From contig OY253668.1 of the NCBI GenBank assembly GCA_958009085.1, positions 1,550,001 to 1,614,000 on the forward strand: a DNA stretch of 64,000 nt, given 5' to 3'. The notes beneath the pieces were generated by a model. That model had not been told where the DNA came from. It saw only the letters and a list, made by a program, of their open reading frames with translations, and ran no database searches. Of this stretch, positions 34,701 through 48,175 are shown in pieces; position 1 is the stretch's first letter, and the number at the start of each line of letters is the position of its first letter. Both the position numbers and the translations under genes were made by a program. This stretch comes from Protoeuglena noctilucae. Its lineage: Eukaryota.

Positions 34701-37340
34701 CGTCGCCTTTGCCGAAGATCCGAGAGGGGTGGTAGCTCCTGCGGATAGAACAGGGCAGGGTGCGCCGATGGGATGAGCCCACTGCCGCAGTCGATGCAGA
34801 GGGTGGGGCTGCGCAACAGGGGCATGCACACGCGCTGGCCGGGCCGCGTGCCGCACCCGAACAGCCTCCGCCGGCCCCGACGCGAGGTCACACGCTGGAC
34901 GCTCAGGCTGTTCTGCTCGAAATTGCTCGCCGCGCGGGACACCTGGACCCTGCGTTGCAGGACAAGCGCCAGCGCCGTTGTTACACAGCTCCCGCGACAG
35001 ACGACAGTCGACAGACAGCACACAGCACCGCGTCGGCATGCACTCGCCTCTTGCCGACCTCGGTGGCGGACTGGCCGCCCTCGCGGGGCCGGAAGGGCTC
35101 TGTGGCGCGGCGGTCCCCGGGAGGGACGCGCCAATCCGACGCCGACCGGTGGCGGCCGCGCCACCAGTCCTTCGAGACGACGCGGCCGGCCGCGGGGCCG
35201 TTGCTGGCGGCGTTGCCACCGGGCGGCGCTCGGGACGGCACCTCGCTGGGCTCCTTGGACCGCCCCGCCCAGGCGATGCCGCGCACCGGGGGCATGGCTG
35301 GGCTCCCGAAGAGCTCCATGAGGCCGTCCTCGTGGGCCCCCCGCGCCTTGGCGTCCTGGAGCAGCTTGCGCACCACGTTGCGGCCCTGGAAGGCCGCCCG
35401 CAGCATCAGCCTCGCTGCAGGCAAGCGACGGGACAAGCGATGGGTCAGTCGTACGTTTTTTCTCTATCGGTGCATGCGGCTCGTCTCCCGTCAAGCACCG
35501 CGGCGCGTGCAGTCAGGAGGCGCTCGCGTGGACAGAGGGGACGCGGCATGCGAGACACCAGGGCCCCCCCCTAATGTAAAGGCACTCACTCGACTTGGTG
35601 ATGCGCTTGGCGGCGTCAGCCAGAGTCAGCCCCTCCGTCCCGTCCACCTGCGCATGCTCTATGATGACGCCCGTGCTATCCAGGTGCGACCCTGCCCAGG
35701 TGAGGCTCCTGCGGGGCTCAGGTGGGAGCGCAGTGAGAGACGGCGGGTAGACGAGGGCGCGAATGTCAAGCGAGAGAGCCGACACCAGGTAACGCCCTCG
35801 CCTGAGGATCCTGGGCATGGGCCCCAGGAGCACCCACAGGGCTCCCAGGTCGATGAGGGTCATTAGGACGAGCGCCAGGGCGACGAGGGCCAGCTTGACG
35901 TACAGCATCAGCAGGGCCTCGCTCCGCGCGCAGCCGTCACGAAACACCCCGGCGACCACCCCGTCGTCCGACACCACGGCGAGCAAGCCGTGCGCGGAGG
36001 ACGCAGCCGCCGTGGGCGTGTCCAAGTTCTCCACGCCCCACACGCCACCCTCAGTGTTGAGGAGCCGACGTGCAGACACGCCCTGCCCTGAGGTGAGGGA
36101 CCCCACCCACAGAGCCTCCATGCAGCTGCCACTCTGCGGGAGGAGGAAAACGACGTGACGCGGAGTGAAAACAGCTGGACGCGCCCGCTAGTCCCAGTCG
36201 ATGGCCGACAGGCGGGTCACTGAGCTGTGCTGCGCCTTCAAGAGCCCACCTCGTTGACTCGTGTCAGGGCATCCGAGAAGGTGGTCATTGCGGACTGCGA
36301 GCTCCGGGCTGCGTCCGCGGCGGCCCATTCCACCGCGAGGGGCGCGGCGAGGTCAGCGCGGCCAGCCCCGTTCACGAAGAACACGCTCTGCATCTGGGCC
36401 GCTGCGACGATGAGCAGGACGACGACGCACTGCGCTGCCACCGCCGTGCGCCGCAGTTGCCGCATCGGGTGAGCCTCCTGCACCTCCCCGCCTTCGGCTG
36501 CCAGTGCCCAGCACCGCCGCCGGTGGAGGCAGGCGGGCACGCGCAGGAGAGGGGCGAGGAGAAGGCCGAGCGTGGCTGCCACGCAGAGAGCATCGCGGTG
36601 ACCCGCATCGTCGGCATAGTCTGACGCAGAGACGGTGTACGAGACGTGCCGCCCGGAGGCGCCAGATGCGGCGTCTGCCAGGGCGTGGGAGTGGGTCGGG
36701 ACGCGGTGCGCGAGGATCTGGCCTAGGAGGGCGGTGCCGGAAACGAATCCCACGGCGCCCAGGAGGTCCAGGGCCTCCACCCACGAAGGCCTGCGAGGGC
36801 GTGTCGGGCAGGTGTGGTGGTAGGGCGAGACGGGAGCGTTGGGCGCTGGTGGGGGGATCGGGGGGCACAAGTCGGGAATGTGAGCTCACCCGAGGAGGGA
36901 CAGGTACCCCAGGGCGTGGGCCACGCGCGCAGCCACCGTCTCCAGCAGCGACACCGATCCGGTGATTGCTATCCAGACGATGATGCCGGGTGAGAGGGCG
37001 GAGAAGCCGCTGTTCGGCGTGTCCACGGCCGCGACTTCCGGAAGGATGGCAAGGCTGGCTGCAGCAGCCACTGCCATGAATGCCCACCACCGCGATCCCA
37101 GCACCGCTGCGGCGCCGAGCGCCAAGGTCTCCGTGGTGCACCCTTGGTACGAGGCGTCTGCGCGGAGATGGAGGAATTTGGCGTGAAAGAGCAACGCATC
37201 GCGAGCCCGTTCGTGTCAAAGCGTGGCCGGGTCCCACCTTCCTCGAGGTCGTATATAGCTGCCGCAGCTGTCGTGACGTCCTCACTAATGACCCTCCTTG
37301 ACGGCATCAGCCGCGACGACAACTTGCGGATGGCCTTCAT
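31702..37340 (-). CDS. Class I 3',5'-cyclic nucleotide phosphodiesterase with a multi-transmembrane N-terminal region
   Basis: NPYH|..WEHAVDV, IAHDVGHRGVSN (HDxxHxGxxN signature), YNDQSPQENMHAS, LILDTDMSQH, LVHLADLGS, EFFFEG. Several hydrophobic segments in the 5' exons (35800-37150). Confidence 0.9.
34055..34109 (-). repeat. Three copies of an ~18-bp coding repeat (PAAGTA/PAAGTV/PAAGAA) in the PDE gene
   Basis: The core gcctgctgccgg recurs three times at 18-bp spacing. Confidence 0.8.
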
Positions 37341-38386
37341 TGGACCGTCCGCACGACACCCTGCGCATGCAGTTGGCAGTTGCCGTGCAGGCGCAAATTG
37401 CGCCGCGCGTTGCCACTAAACGCGGCCATAGTAAAGCGTCCGCAAAACGCGGAGGGCGCCGAGCCGCGGCTCCCGGCAAGTGTGCCGGATCCGACGCGTG
37501 GCTTGCCACAACGGGAGCCCACGTTCAGGATCCGACAGCGGCAGCAGCTAATTTGAATCAACTTTGCGCAGAGGACAGCGGCTCAGGCCTCACCTGGGCC
37601 CCGGCTGGCGGCAGACCCGGACTTTGCCACCTCGTCCATGGGTAACGGGGCGTTCACCCCGTTGCGCGTTATCTTTGCCCTTGCCTTGTTCGCTCACAGC
37701 TCTGTCTGGGCCCGCCTATGGTCTGCGCGCGTCCCCCGGGGCGTCGTCATCTCGGGGTCGTGGCGGGAAGCGGATAGTTCAGCGCATGGAGCTTGCCGCA
37801 TGTCCAGCCGCAGTGACGGCATCTGCATTGCCTGCCGGCGTCTCCAAGGACATGTAGATACATGCGGGCGAGATATCTTGCAAGTAGCGCGCCGCACCTC
37901 GTTATATCATCCACGACCGGTCCTGCGGTGCTTGCTAGTTTTGAAGCAAGACATGCGACAAGACATCCCGCCGGGTGAGGCCGCGTGGGGCTGCAAAAGC
38001 TCGATGAAAGGCCCGGGTCGGGCGCGAGGACTCAAATATGCTTCTTCAGGAACAGCCATAAGAAAGAGTAAGAGCACGGGGAACTGATGGACTGGAGACT
38101 CGGGGTGGGCTGCAGATGAAGGGGCCAGACTTAGTAGGGGCCAGACTTGCCGCCAGTGACCTCGCGTGCTTGACGTGGAGCTCGTCGTAACCACTCTGGC
38201 CATGGCCCTGGGTCCCATTCATCTTCACGCAGTTTAGCGCGGCGACACGCCAAAAGCTCACGCCAGCCGCGCTCACATCTCCGGCGCGCACGAGCTGCCG
38301 CCCCGGGTGTTGGGGGGCGCGCGGCATCGCATGATGCTCGCAATGACATGTGCTTGGTGACTGGCTGATTTCTGTAGCCCGTAGCC

Positions 38387-41357
38387 ATGCCGGCGACCTC
38401 GGAGCCCACCGTTGTGTACGACCGGCTCCTCCAGGTAAGTTTTGCCCGCCAAATCGGTCGCTCTGACCGTTCCCGCATACGTCATGCCCGCGAATGCCCA
38501 TGCGTGACGCATTGTTGGCCGGCCCGGTCGCTCCCTGCAGGAGGTGGAGCGCATCGAGCGTGACAGCCTGGACCGCGTCCGCTACAACAGCCATCCCCTG
38601 CGGGCGAATGCCGAGGAAGCGGTTGCCTCCGTCATGGAGGGTCTAGGTGAGCCGTGTCCCGCGCGAGGCTGGGCTTTCTGGGCCCCGACATGCCCACCGC
38701 AGCGGCGGGCCACGTGGCGGGCCCGCGTGGCGCGAGGGAGCCGCCGCCACTCGCCCGTGCGCCGGCACGCATTCTTTGTCTCTCTCCGCAGCGATCGAGG
38801 AGCCAAGCGACCTCGTCGACCTCATCAAGATGCTGGGACGGTCGTCGCATGGCGCGTTGGCCATGGCCGTGTATCGCAAGTTCGTCCAGCGCCGCGACCA
38901 CCCTTACCCTGACATGCGGGTCTACGACGCCACAGGTGCGCGCACGTGTGCCTGAGCGCGACGCCCGGCCACGGCGCAGGCCGCCATCGCCATCCGACCT
39001 CCCGAGCCCCGCAGTGACGGCCAACTGCATCAACATGCGCCACAAGGAATGCGTGGAAGTTTTGCTCGATATGTCCCGTTGGAAGGTCGCGGGGAGCACC
39101 TACACGTACAACATGATCATCCAGGCGTGCGGGCAGCGAGGGGACCTGACCAACGCGCTCCGCGCTTACAACGGCATGCGGGAGGCGGGGGTCGAGCCAA
39201 ACACGTTCACGTTTGCCGCCATTCTCTCCGCCTGCAACTACCGAGGCCGGCCGCATCTCGTCGAGGCGCTGCGGGTGACACTTGCTGCATGTCCCCCCAT
39301 GCTCGCCCGCCTGCCTCGCTGCCCGCCGCGGACGCCCGGCCACCAGTTTGATTCCGGTCATTCGTGTGATCGCAGCTGTGGTCCGAGATGAAAGCTCACG
39401 GGCGCGTGGAGGAGGAGCTCTCCGAAGTGCTGGTGGGCGTGGTGGCATCGGCGTTGCGCCACGCGGAGGATTCCAAAACGCTGTGCGACAGTTTCACGAA
39501 GATCGAGGAGGCCTGTTGCTTGGAGGACATTCCGCTCTCGCAGCAGCAGACGGGTGAGGCGCAGGGAGGCGTGCCGAGGGCGCGGCATGCAGGCTGTCCG
39601 TCCCCGCACTCCCATCGTGGCAGCGCTTTCGTCCCCGCAGTCTTCGAGGCGGCCGTCGGACGCCTGGCGGAGCTCCGGGACTTCGCGTGCGCCACGGCCT
39701 TCTTCACGCGGGGCATGGAGCGCGGCATCCCCGCCAGCACGCGCCTGTACAACGGCTTCATCCGCTCTGCGCTCCGGAGCGGCCAGATCCAGACGGCCCT
39801 GGACCTGTTCGAGTGGATGGTCGAGGGCCGGGGCAACGGCGGCGACCCGCTCGTGGCGGATACGGAGACGTACGAGCTTTTGCTGCAGGCGTGCCACCGG
39901 CGCGGCCTGCTGGAGAAAGCCCTCGAGATCCTGGCGTGGATGGAGGGCGCGGGCGTGAAGGCCTCGGACCGGTGCTTGGAAGAGCTCTTCATGACATCGG
40001 ACATCGCCTTGCTCTGGGATGCCAAGGCGCTGGAGCTCGCCACCGAGCAGTACCGGCCCGCGGCGCAAGACGACCCCGCGGCCAGCGCCGGGGCGGTGCC
40101 CGCGGGGGAGAGCGGCGCCTTGACACGCGGGGGCGCGTCCCGGCCCCTCGCCTCGCTGCCAACCCTGTGCCACCCGGACTACCTGCGCCCGTCGCCCTAC
40201 GATGGCATGCGGCACATTTACCTGGACGACGCCGTGGGGCGCACGGAGGAGGCCATGCTCGCCGCGCGCAAGCTGGGCATCCCGGGGTGGGCGCCGCCAG
40301 AGATGCGGCCGGCGGCACCCCCGGAGGCGTCCGCGCGCGGCCAGCCCGGCGGCGACTTCGCGGCACGGGCCAGGTCCGCCGCCGAGGCTCCGGCTCCACA
40401 TCCGGGGACGTCGGCCGCGTCCTCCCCGCGCGCCCAGCGGTCCGCAGAGTCGGTCGCGTCGCCACGGGGTGCGTCGGCGCCCAGGACTCGCCCAAAGAGC
40501 GTGGCTGGGGCTTCGGGGCGGGCGTCGCCGACCATGGGAATGCGGGAACTGAAGCCCGTGCGGGAGGTGAGCAACGCCCGGCGCGCAGCACGGGTCGAGC
40601 GTGTGCGAGGGCGCTACCCTGCGCCGCTCCACCGCTGACAAGTCCTGGACCTGCCGCTCCCTCAGGCGCTTCGAAGAGCCGTGGTGGGGCCGAGCCGCTC
40701 GGTGCCTGCCGTGACACAGCAGGAGCTGTCCGCCAGCTTCAACGCCGAGGGGCATCATGGGGCACGGCCCTTGCTTGACGGTGCCAAGCTGACACGCCAG
40801 GTGTGACCGGAGTACGGGCAAGGGGCCCGAGGCGGGGTCTCGGACTGCGTGCTGGAGCACACGTGCTGTGTCGTATGTGCTGCTTTGTCGCAAGGGCCGA
40901 CCGGCTTGGACTCCCCACCGGCCGCAGCAAATGCGCTCATGGTTGCCGAGCCTCAACCGCTTCCTGGAAGAGGCCGCCAGCCCGAGGAAGAGCCCAGGGG
41001 CCCCGGGGAGGTCGCGATGGATGGAGGCAGATATGGACCTGCCCGACCTGCCCCTGTCATCTCGACTGACGCTGACGGGAGGAGGTGAGGGTGGGGTGCA
41101 TGCCCGGGATGCGGCACCGGGGGTGTCCCGTGGGCAGGCAGAGGCGCGTGGCTGACAACACGACGATGCATTTGTGTGACTGTAAAGGGCTACGTGTGCT
41201 CTTTCCCACAGGCAAGCCCCGGTTCACGCTGGCGACCATCACACGCGGAGGGTCGAAGCTCCCAGGGACCCTATCCCGCACAGCGCCGTCAGGCAGCCTC
41301 GCAGGGGACCTGTCTGCCGGTCAACTGCACTCTGCCGCAGCTACCTTGCTGGATTGA
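38387..41357 (+). CDS. Pentatricopeptide repeat (PPR) protein with a disordered C-terminal tail
   Basis: TYTYNMIIQACGQRGDLTNALRAYNGMREAGVEPNTFTFAAILSAC; RLYNGFIRSALRSGQIQTALDLFEWM; TYELLLQACHRRGLLEKALEILAWMEGAGV. The start may lie further upstream. Confidence 0.88.
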
Positions 41358-41710
41358 CCGTGGCAGCCTACTTGCTTGCGTTAGTTCGTCCTTCTAGCAA
41401 AAAGCCGCGGACCAAGTGTCAGGTTCCACAGAAAGGTTCAAACAAACGGAACGAGACCCGTCGGAGGGCTGGGAGCATGACTCCCATAGGATAGACAGTA
41501 GGTGTCTGCTGTGGCTGGTGGCTGTGCTAGGATAGACATGATGGGGTACAAGCGGACCCCCTCTGCGGGACGCTGCAGGGATTCTCAAGTGCAGGACACG
41601 AAGTCTGCCTGGCGGCAGGTAGGGACTGGGTGCGTGTGACCATAGGTGTGCCTCCCGGCACATAGTCTCGGGGCATTGCTCAGCCTCTGTTCGCCCCGAG
41701 CCCAGTTTTG

Positions 41711-42737
41711 TCACAGCTTGGAGGCCGTGATGACGACGACCGGAGTGTTGTGCCCGTGCGCTGCCAGTGAGTGCGTGCCGGCGACGCGAACGCCCTGGAA
41801 CCCTTGGCTGGACAACAGGCTCTCGGCATGCGCAGCGGTGAAGCCCCTCTTGCGGAACGCCGCCTGCGAGGGCCGGGAGGGCTGTGATCGGAGACCAGGT
41901 GCGACTTGGCTTGACAAACCGAGCAGGTGCGTTTGGCTGGCTAGGAACGGGCCGGTCGTTGGCCACTCACCCACGGCGGGGAGGGGTCCTGGACCCCAAA
42001 CTCTGCGACGAACAGGGTGCCGCCAGGACGCATCGCGCGGTGGATATCGGACAGGATGGTCTCCCGCTGAGATGCTTCAGCGTGAGACAGGACCAGGGAC
42101 ACCTGCAGATGGTGTGAGCGAGCGGGCGATGAATGACACCTCTTGGCAAGGACCTGCACGGTTCACGAGGTGCTCCGACTGCGCACTGCCCCACGCATCT
42201 CTTGCTACTGAGCTCCGGCTCAAGCGCCTGCCCTCACTGCGCCCCCAAGACTCACCACGACAATATCGAAGGCCTCCGCCTCCGCCTCCGCCTCCAAAGT
42301 CCCTGAGAGGTGGCCCCACTGCACGCGGGCACCCTTTTCGACGCCCATCTCGGCCGCCTTCTGATCCAGCACCTCGATCATAGCCGGCGATGGGTCGAGC
42401 CCCACCAATCGCAACGAGCGCGCCCCCTGCAGGCGAGGCGGGGCTCGCCGTTGGATGCGGCTGCGCGGACATGGCGGCATCGAGCGGTCCGTGAACCCAC
42501 GCGCACCTCGTTCTTCGCCATGGAGAGCAGGAAGACGCCGGGCCCGCAGCCATAGTCCAGCAAGGTCCCCTCTGGGCCCTGGGCTACATGGGGAGCCCCC
42601 TGCAGGACCAGCTCGGCGAGGGCCCTGCCCCACTCCTGCACAGCGGCCGATGCCCAGTATTCATGCCCCCACGCTGCGGTCCACGGACTCTCCGCCCCGG
42701 GGGCTCCAGACGGCGTGGCGTCGCAGGCAGCCGCCAT
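41711..42737 (-). CDS. Class I SAM-dependent methyltransferase
   Basis: LLDYGCGPG (motif I), LVGLDPSPAMI, FDIVV|VSLVLSH, IHRAMRPGGTLFVAEF. Confidence 0.88.
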
Positions 42738-43209
42738 CGATGCGCCGGCGGGGCGCACCGCCGTGGCAGTTCCCCCGCCCAGCTCGATGCCTGTGCTTGG
42801 ACTGTGCTCATCGCAGACGCTGATGTTCGGGCTGCGGGCGCTGGGGCGATAGTATCTTCAATGACTGACCTTTTCGACCCTTGCCGCGTCCCCGCCGCGC
42901 ATCAGGGCACCTATTGCTCTCATCCATGTGCTCCATCGCTCAAATAGCTGTTTTCCTAGCCCCCTCGCGTGGCCGGGGGTCCCGGCGGGGGCCACACAGC
43001 GCGCGGGCCGGGGCGATCGTTTGTGGCCACAGCTCGGGGCAGGCTGACGCAGGCGGGACAAGTGGATCGGCGAGCTGGCGGCGTGGATAAGAATGCACAG
43101 AACGTTCAAACAGGCCGCGCCGGAAGCGGTCGTCACGCGATCGTCACGTCCCCCGGTGTCGGCTGCAGCGGAAGAACTTTCCAGAAAAGTGTCTGACAGC
43201 TGAATCAAA

Positions 43210-45235
43210 TCAAGGCGAGCCGCTCGCCCCGCGGCCCCCCTCTGCGTTTTCGTCACGTTTCCCAGCTGCCTCGAGCGCCGCCGCCTGCTCCGCCAGGACC
43301 TCCTGGCGCACCAGCTCGCCCTTGGCGATCAGCCCATCGACGTCCGGCCCCGAGGCTCGCGGCACGGCTCGCCGGGTCATGGACGCAAAGGCTTTGGACC
43401 GCTGCTGCTCGTCCATGCGGCGGGCGAAGGCGTAGCCCTTCGCGTACAACGCCAGGACCTCCTCGAACGAGCGGAGCTGCGGGGGGTGCACAAGGAGCAG
43501 TGGTGGGGCCCACTTCCAGCTCCCCCGCCACTGCTAAGGCACGCCTGTGACGCCAGCCAAGGGAGCGGTCGGCTGCGGCAGAACGGAGCCATGGCATGCA
43601 GCTCGCCTTGAGGAAGTCGGCTCGGGTCCACTGGAGCTCCTCGTCCCGGAAGTAATCCAGGTCGAAACCGACCTGCCGCCTCCCATCAAAGAAGGGCTCG
43701 TAGCTGGCCACCGCCCCGTTGGACAAGAACTCGATCAGCGAGCCGTCCATGCAGGCCACGCCACGGTAGTCGACCCATGCCTTGTAATCCAGGAAGAAGG
43801 GCACGTGCACTGCGTGCACAGGCCAGCATGTTGCAGCTTGAAGTCGCGCCACGGATACCCGCCAACAGTTCCGCGTGCGGGGGTGGTCGTATGGCGCTCA
43901 TGGGTTCACATGCCTCCACAGGCGGCCCAGGGAGGCCCCACCCCATCGATGGGTCGTGGCTCACCCGAGGCCATGACCGCGTCCACGAGGTCCGCCTTGC
44001 TGCGGAATGTGTCGTACCCCTCCACCTCCAGCCCAGGAAGCTTCGTCACGATGATGGCCACGCGGCCCTGGCACCGCTCGGCAATGTTGTCCGGGAGGAG
44101 GTCCATCAGCCACTGCCGTACGAGCGAGCCCCAGACGCCCAGTAGGCCCAGAGGCCGCTCCCAGATCCCGAAACGCAGGCCCAACCTGTGGAGAAGACGG
44201 GGCCGGGCACCATCGTGGTGTGCGGCACATGCGGGGCACAGCAAGATGTTGGGAGTCCGCTCCGACGTGCAATGCCCCACCTGTACGCTTCGAGGATCAT
44301 GGTCTCCGGGAAAACTCCGCCGGCCACGAGGGCAGCCACCAAAGCGCCTGCCGATGCCCCCGTCATGCGCATCTTGTCGACCCCCTCGTAGTTATCAATC
44401 AAATACTGCACGGCGCCAACCTGCCAGAAGAAAAAGATACCTGCGGAAACGCAACGTCGGGGCGCAAGGTGCGGCACACCAGAACAAAGGGGGGTTGGTC
44501 TCCGCTGCCGCTCCCATGACCCAGTCCACGCACCTGCGCCGGGGCAGAGCAGCACCGGCTCTTTGCCCGTCTGCTGCGCCTGCTTCTCCGCGGCCTTCTT
44601 CTGCTCCCGGTCCAGGAGGAGCTCCAGGAACGACGCCCGGCCGATGGCGTCGGCAGGGAGGTCGGAGCAGACCGTCTCTTCTGCCAAGCCCGGGGGCGCG
44701 TCGGGGGCGAGGTTCAACGTAGAGGACCGGTCCTCGGCGACTTGCGACTCGCCGGCCCGCGAATTGCTGCGGCCCTTGCCCGAGACGCCCTGCCGCGTCT
44801 TCTCGGGGGCGTCGGGGGGCGACGCGATGGCCTGCACCAGGGTGCGCCAGGGCGCCACCTGCGTCGGCAAGAGAGGCGGCGTCGCGGTCGGCATATTTCG
44901 GCGCTGCGCGTCGCCACTGCGGCTTGGGAACGGCGGCCGCAAGTTGGGAGGCCCCCCGTGCGCCGCGCTCGCAGAATCTTGGGCCACCGAACGCCTCCCA
45001 CGTATCTTCCACACACCTGAGACTTGTGTTTGTGCGCGTGCACGAGCACGCGCCCGCCCCGTGCGCGAGCGCGGGCGTCGAGATGCCCTGCCCCCACATC
45101 GGAGGCTCCCTGAGCCGTGGACAGCGCGTAGCGCAGTCTTGGGCGAACGAGAGAAGCGACACTTCTCTCAGCGTAGCTGCAGGAAAGCTCTTGATGCTCG
45201 CCACGCCCTGCTCGAGCCCGTGCGAGCACAGACAT
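43210..45235 (-). CDS. Patatin-like phospholipase with a transit-like N-terminus
   Basis: GIFFFWQVGA, nucleophile elbow GASAG, DLVDAVMAS|VHVPFFLD, catalytic CMDGS. Confidence 0.9.
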
Positions 45236-45339
45236 CGTGTGCCGTGCCCTCCGCTCCTCCGCGCCGCCGGCGCTTGAGTCTGCCCTGAGGGGTGTCACAG
45301 GGAGAGCTTAACATTGCTGACGACGACGCCAGATTTCGA

Positions 45340-47994
45340 ATGAAGCGGCGGTTGGTCGAGGCTGCGGGCTCGAGCACCCGCGCACCCCATCGACAGCGCT
45401 CGCACACAGAACGATGTCACTTACGCACGTCCTGCTCACCTTCCGTTGACGAGCACGCGCGTCGCAGTTGTGGGGCCGGCGTCTGGTGGCTGCAAGACAC
45501 TGCGACGAGTCCTTCGAGGCCTGATGCTGCACAAGTGTTCCATTTTGATGGTCGCGACGTCGACGAGGAGCAACGATTCAATTTCGCGCGGTGGAGGGCA
45601 AACTCGTTTCAGGCACCATCAGCACAGCTTGAATCCGCCGGCCCAATGCATGCGACAGAAGCAGGTGTGGGGAGAGAAGCGCAGGGCTGGCGTTTGGGAC
45701 GCGGGGGGTGGGACATGGGCACTGCTTTGCCCACGAAGAGGGCCGTGGGGCTGGCCGTCAGGGACACCGCGCGTTTCCTGGTCGCCAGCGGTCACTTGCC
45801 CGATTGCCATGGTCCTAGAGGGAGCGATGCCTCACCAAGCGGGGTCGAGCAAGCGAGTTTCTGCGCGGTGAGCAACGCCGTGGTTCCTGTTACACGTCAA
45901 ACTCGCGTTCCTCGATCTGCCCACGTCCCTCTTGCTACCTAAATGCACCTGAGATGACTGAAGAGCGCGCAGGTGGCGCGTGTCGCGGCCTTGAGCTCGG
46001 CCTTGGACGCGGGCGCCATCCCAGCTGCCAAGGCCTTGCGCTCCACCTGCCCCAAGTCGGCCCAAGCTGCTCAGCGGATTCTCATGAGCATCGCGGACGA
46101 CGCGCGCGTGGTCCTCCCGGCCCTCGCCCTCTGCTGCGCCATCCGCGACTGGGACGCCGATGCGTGCCAGGTGACGCGCGCGCCAAGGCACAGATTCCAC
46201 GACTTCGATAGCAGAACGTGCCTGTCCTTGCCCCGGTGGCGTCTCGGTCGCCTCCGGCATCGCGCCACTTGCCCAGGCGCCGCACCGTGGCGGGCCCTCC
46301 TCGCAGGAAATCACGCAGGGGCTGCAGGTCGCATGGACATGCGCATCGGACGCCGTGTCGGCCGCCAGCATCGCAGTGCTGGCCGCGCAGTGGGCGCTTA
46401 TCAACGCGGACGCGTCCCTCCTCGGCACGCTCGGCCCCACGCCCGCCCTCGAGACGGCCCCTCCCTCTGCGGCCTGCGGAGGCGCGCTCTCACCCACAGA
46501 CAACGCCCTCTGCCTCGCCTGGGTCGTCCTCGCCCGCACCTCCACCGATGCCGCCCGCTCCCTCCTGGCGGAGGTGCGGAACCTCCCCCGCAGGGCCCCT
46601 CGCATCCGCGCAGCTGTCGACTCGCGCGACAGCGAGCCTCTCACCGCCGCGCGGAAGAGGCTCTTGAGGGCGCTGCAGCTGGCCGAAGCGCGCTGGCAGG
46701 GGATCCGAGGGGCGGGGGACGAGACGGCTCACGACAGCTGCCGGGGTCCGAGGGCCACCCCAGACCTGCCGCCCTTGAAGGCGCTCGCGCGCTCGGTGTT
46801 CACGCGCTGTCGCTGTGGCCAACCCACCGCGTCTGCATTGGAGGCGCGCTTGGCAGGGGAGGCTTGGAGCATGGGTGTGGCCAGCACAGGTGTCGCAGAT
46901 GGGAGCAACCCGTGGGATTGGACCGAGGGCGTGACCGAGCGGCACTGGCGCTTGTGTCCAGCGGACTCGCGCTTGGGGGCGTGTCGCGCCGACGCCCGGG
47001 CCCGTCCTGCCGAGGGCGGAACGGCGCGCGATGGGGTGCCTGTCCGGCCACGCAAGCGGCCTCGGGGTGTGGGGCATGAGGCGAAGGACGCCCTGCGGAG
47101 GCTTGCTGATTGCTGGAACGTGCGCTCCCCGTCAAAGCTGCCGAGAGCCGAGGACACCTTTACGCGGACGGGGATCGCCGACCAAGGGCGTGCGGTGGAC
47201 TTGCTCCGGGCGGCGGTGGCTGAGGGCGACGGCGATGGAGAGCTAGGTACGCGCGACGGACTGCAAGGCACTGTCAATTGCACGGCGGAGTGCTTTGCGC
47301 CGGACGTGCCCTCGATGTGATGGGGGTATTGTGCAGAGCCCCTTTTACTCTGCTTGCCCTCGCAGTCTACCTCGCGAGGAGGGTCCTGCGCGCAGCCTCC
47401 TCCGCGCACGTCGAGCTGCCCCCCCCCGCCATGCGGACGCTGCGGGCGGTCGCGTGCGAGCCGTCCAGTCGCGCCCCGCCAGCCATGCACGGAATGGGCC
47501 AGGGCAGGGTGCCAAAGGAGCAGGCACCGGCGTCGGTCGCTAGCCGAGTCGAGGCGCAGTCGCATATGCGAGCGGACGCGCCGCACTCCGCCGGGCCGGT
47601 CGGCGACGAGGTCGTGCTTCGTACTTTGGGCGGGATGTTGGAGGAATCTGGGTCTCTTGGGCGGGCCCTGGCGAGCGCTGGGCCCGTGGCGCTGTCGGAC
47701 GTGCGCGCCGTCCTCCAGCGGTGCATGGTGCGGACGGACTTCCCTGGCGAGGGGGGCACTGGGGAACAGCTGCGGGCGGGCACCGTCAACAGCCCTTATC
47801 GCAAGGACCCTGGCGAGGTCCCTGGCGACCCAGGGCTGCCGAGCAAAGACGAGTTGCTTCGAGATATTTTGATGAATCTGGAGCCAAACTACAAGGTCGG
47901 GCTCTTTGGCGCGTCTGTGAGCGACGAAGAGGACGGCTCCGATGCGGGCGGCAGCAGCGACGGCGGGGAGTTCCTGTTGAAGCCTGGGATGTAG
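45340..47994 (+). CDS. Hypothetical multi-exon protein, predicted mostly helical
   Basis: Consecutive + strand ORFs (45292-45942, 45973-, 46355-47320, 47278-47994) bounded by GT/AG sites, with a TGTAA just after the stop. No family recognised. Confidence 0.55.
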
Positions 47995-48004
47995 ATGGGC
48001 CAGT

Positions 48005-48009
48005 TGTAA
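48005..48009 (+). promoter_or_regulatory. Possible chlorophyte-type polyadenylation signal TGTAA
   Basis: TGTAA 10 nt after the stop at 47994. A 5-mer, so it may be chance. Confidence 0.3.
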
Positions 48010-48175
48010 GGATATGTCATTGGGCAGACTGGAGCAGAGAAGCGCAAGCCGGTTTGTCTGCTCGTCTGCCGCCCCTCATACGTTCGCTTCAATTGAGTGG
48101 TGAATGCACGCTCGGGCAGGTCCTAGCCCTGCGCTGGCCAGCGCGACTCGACCGCGGCTGGCCCGGCAATTTATC

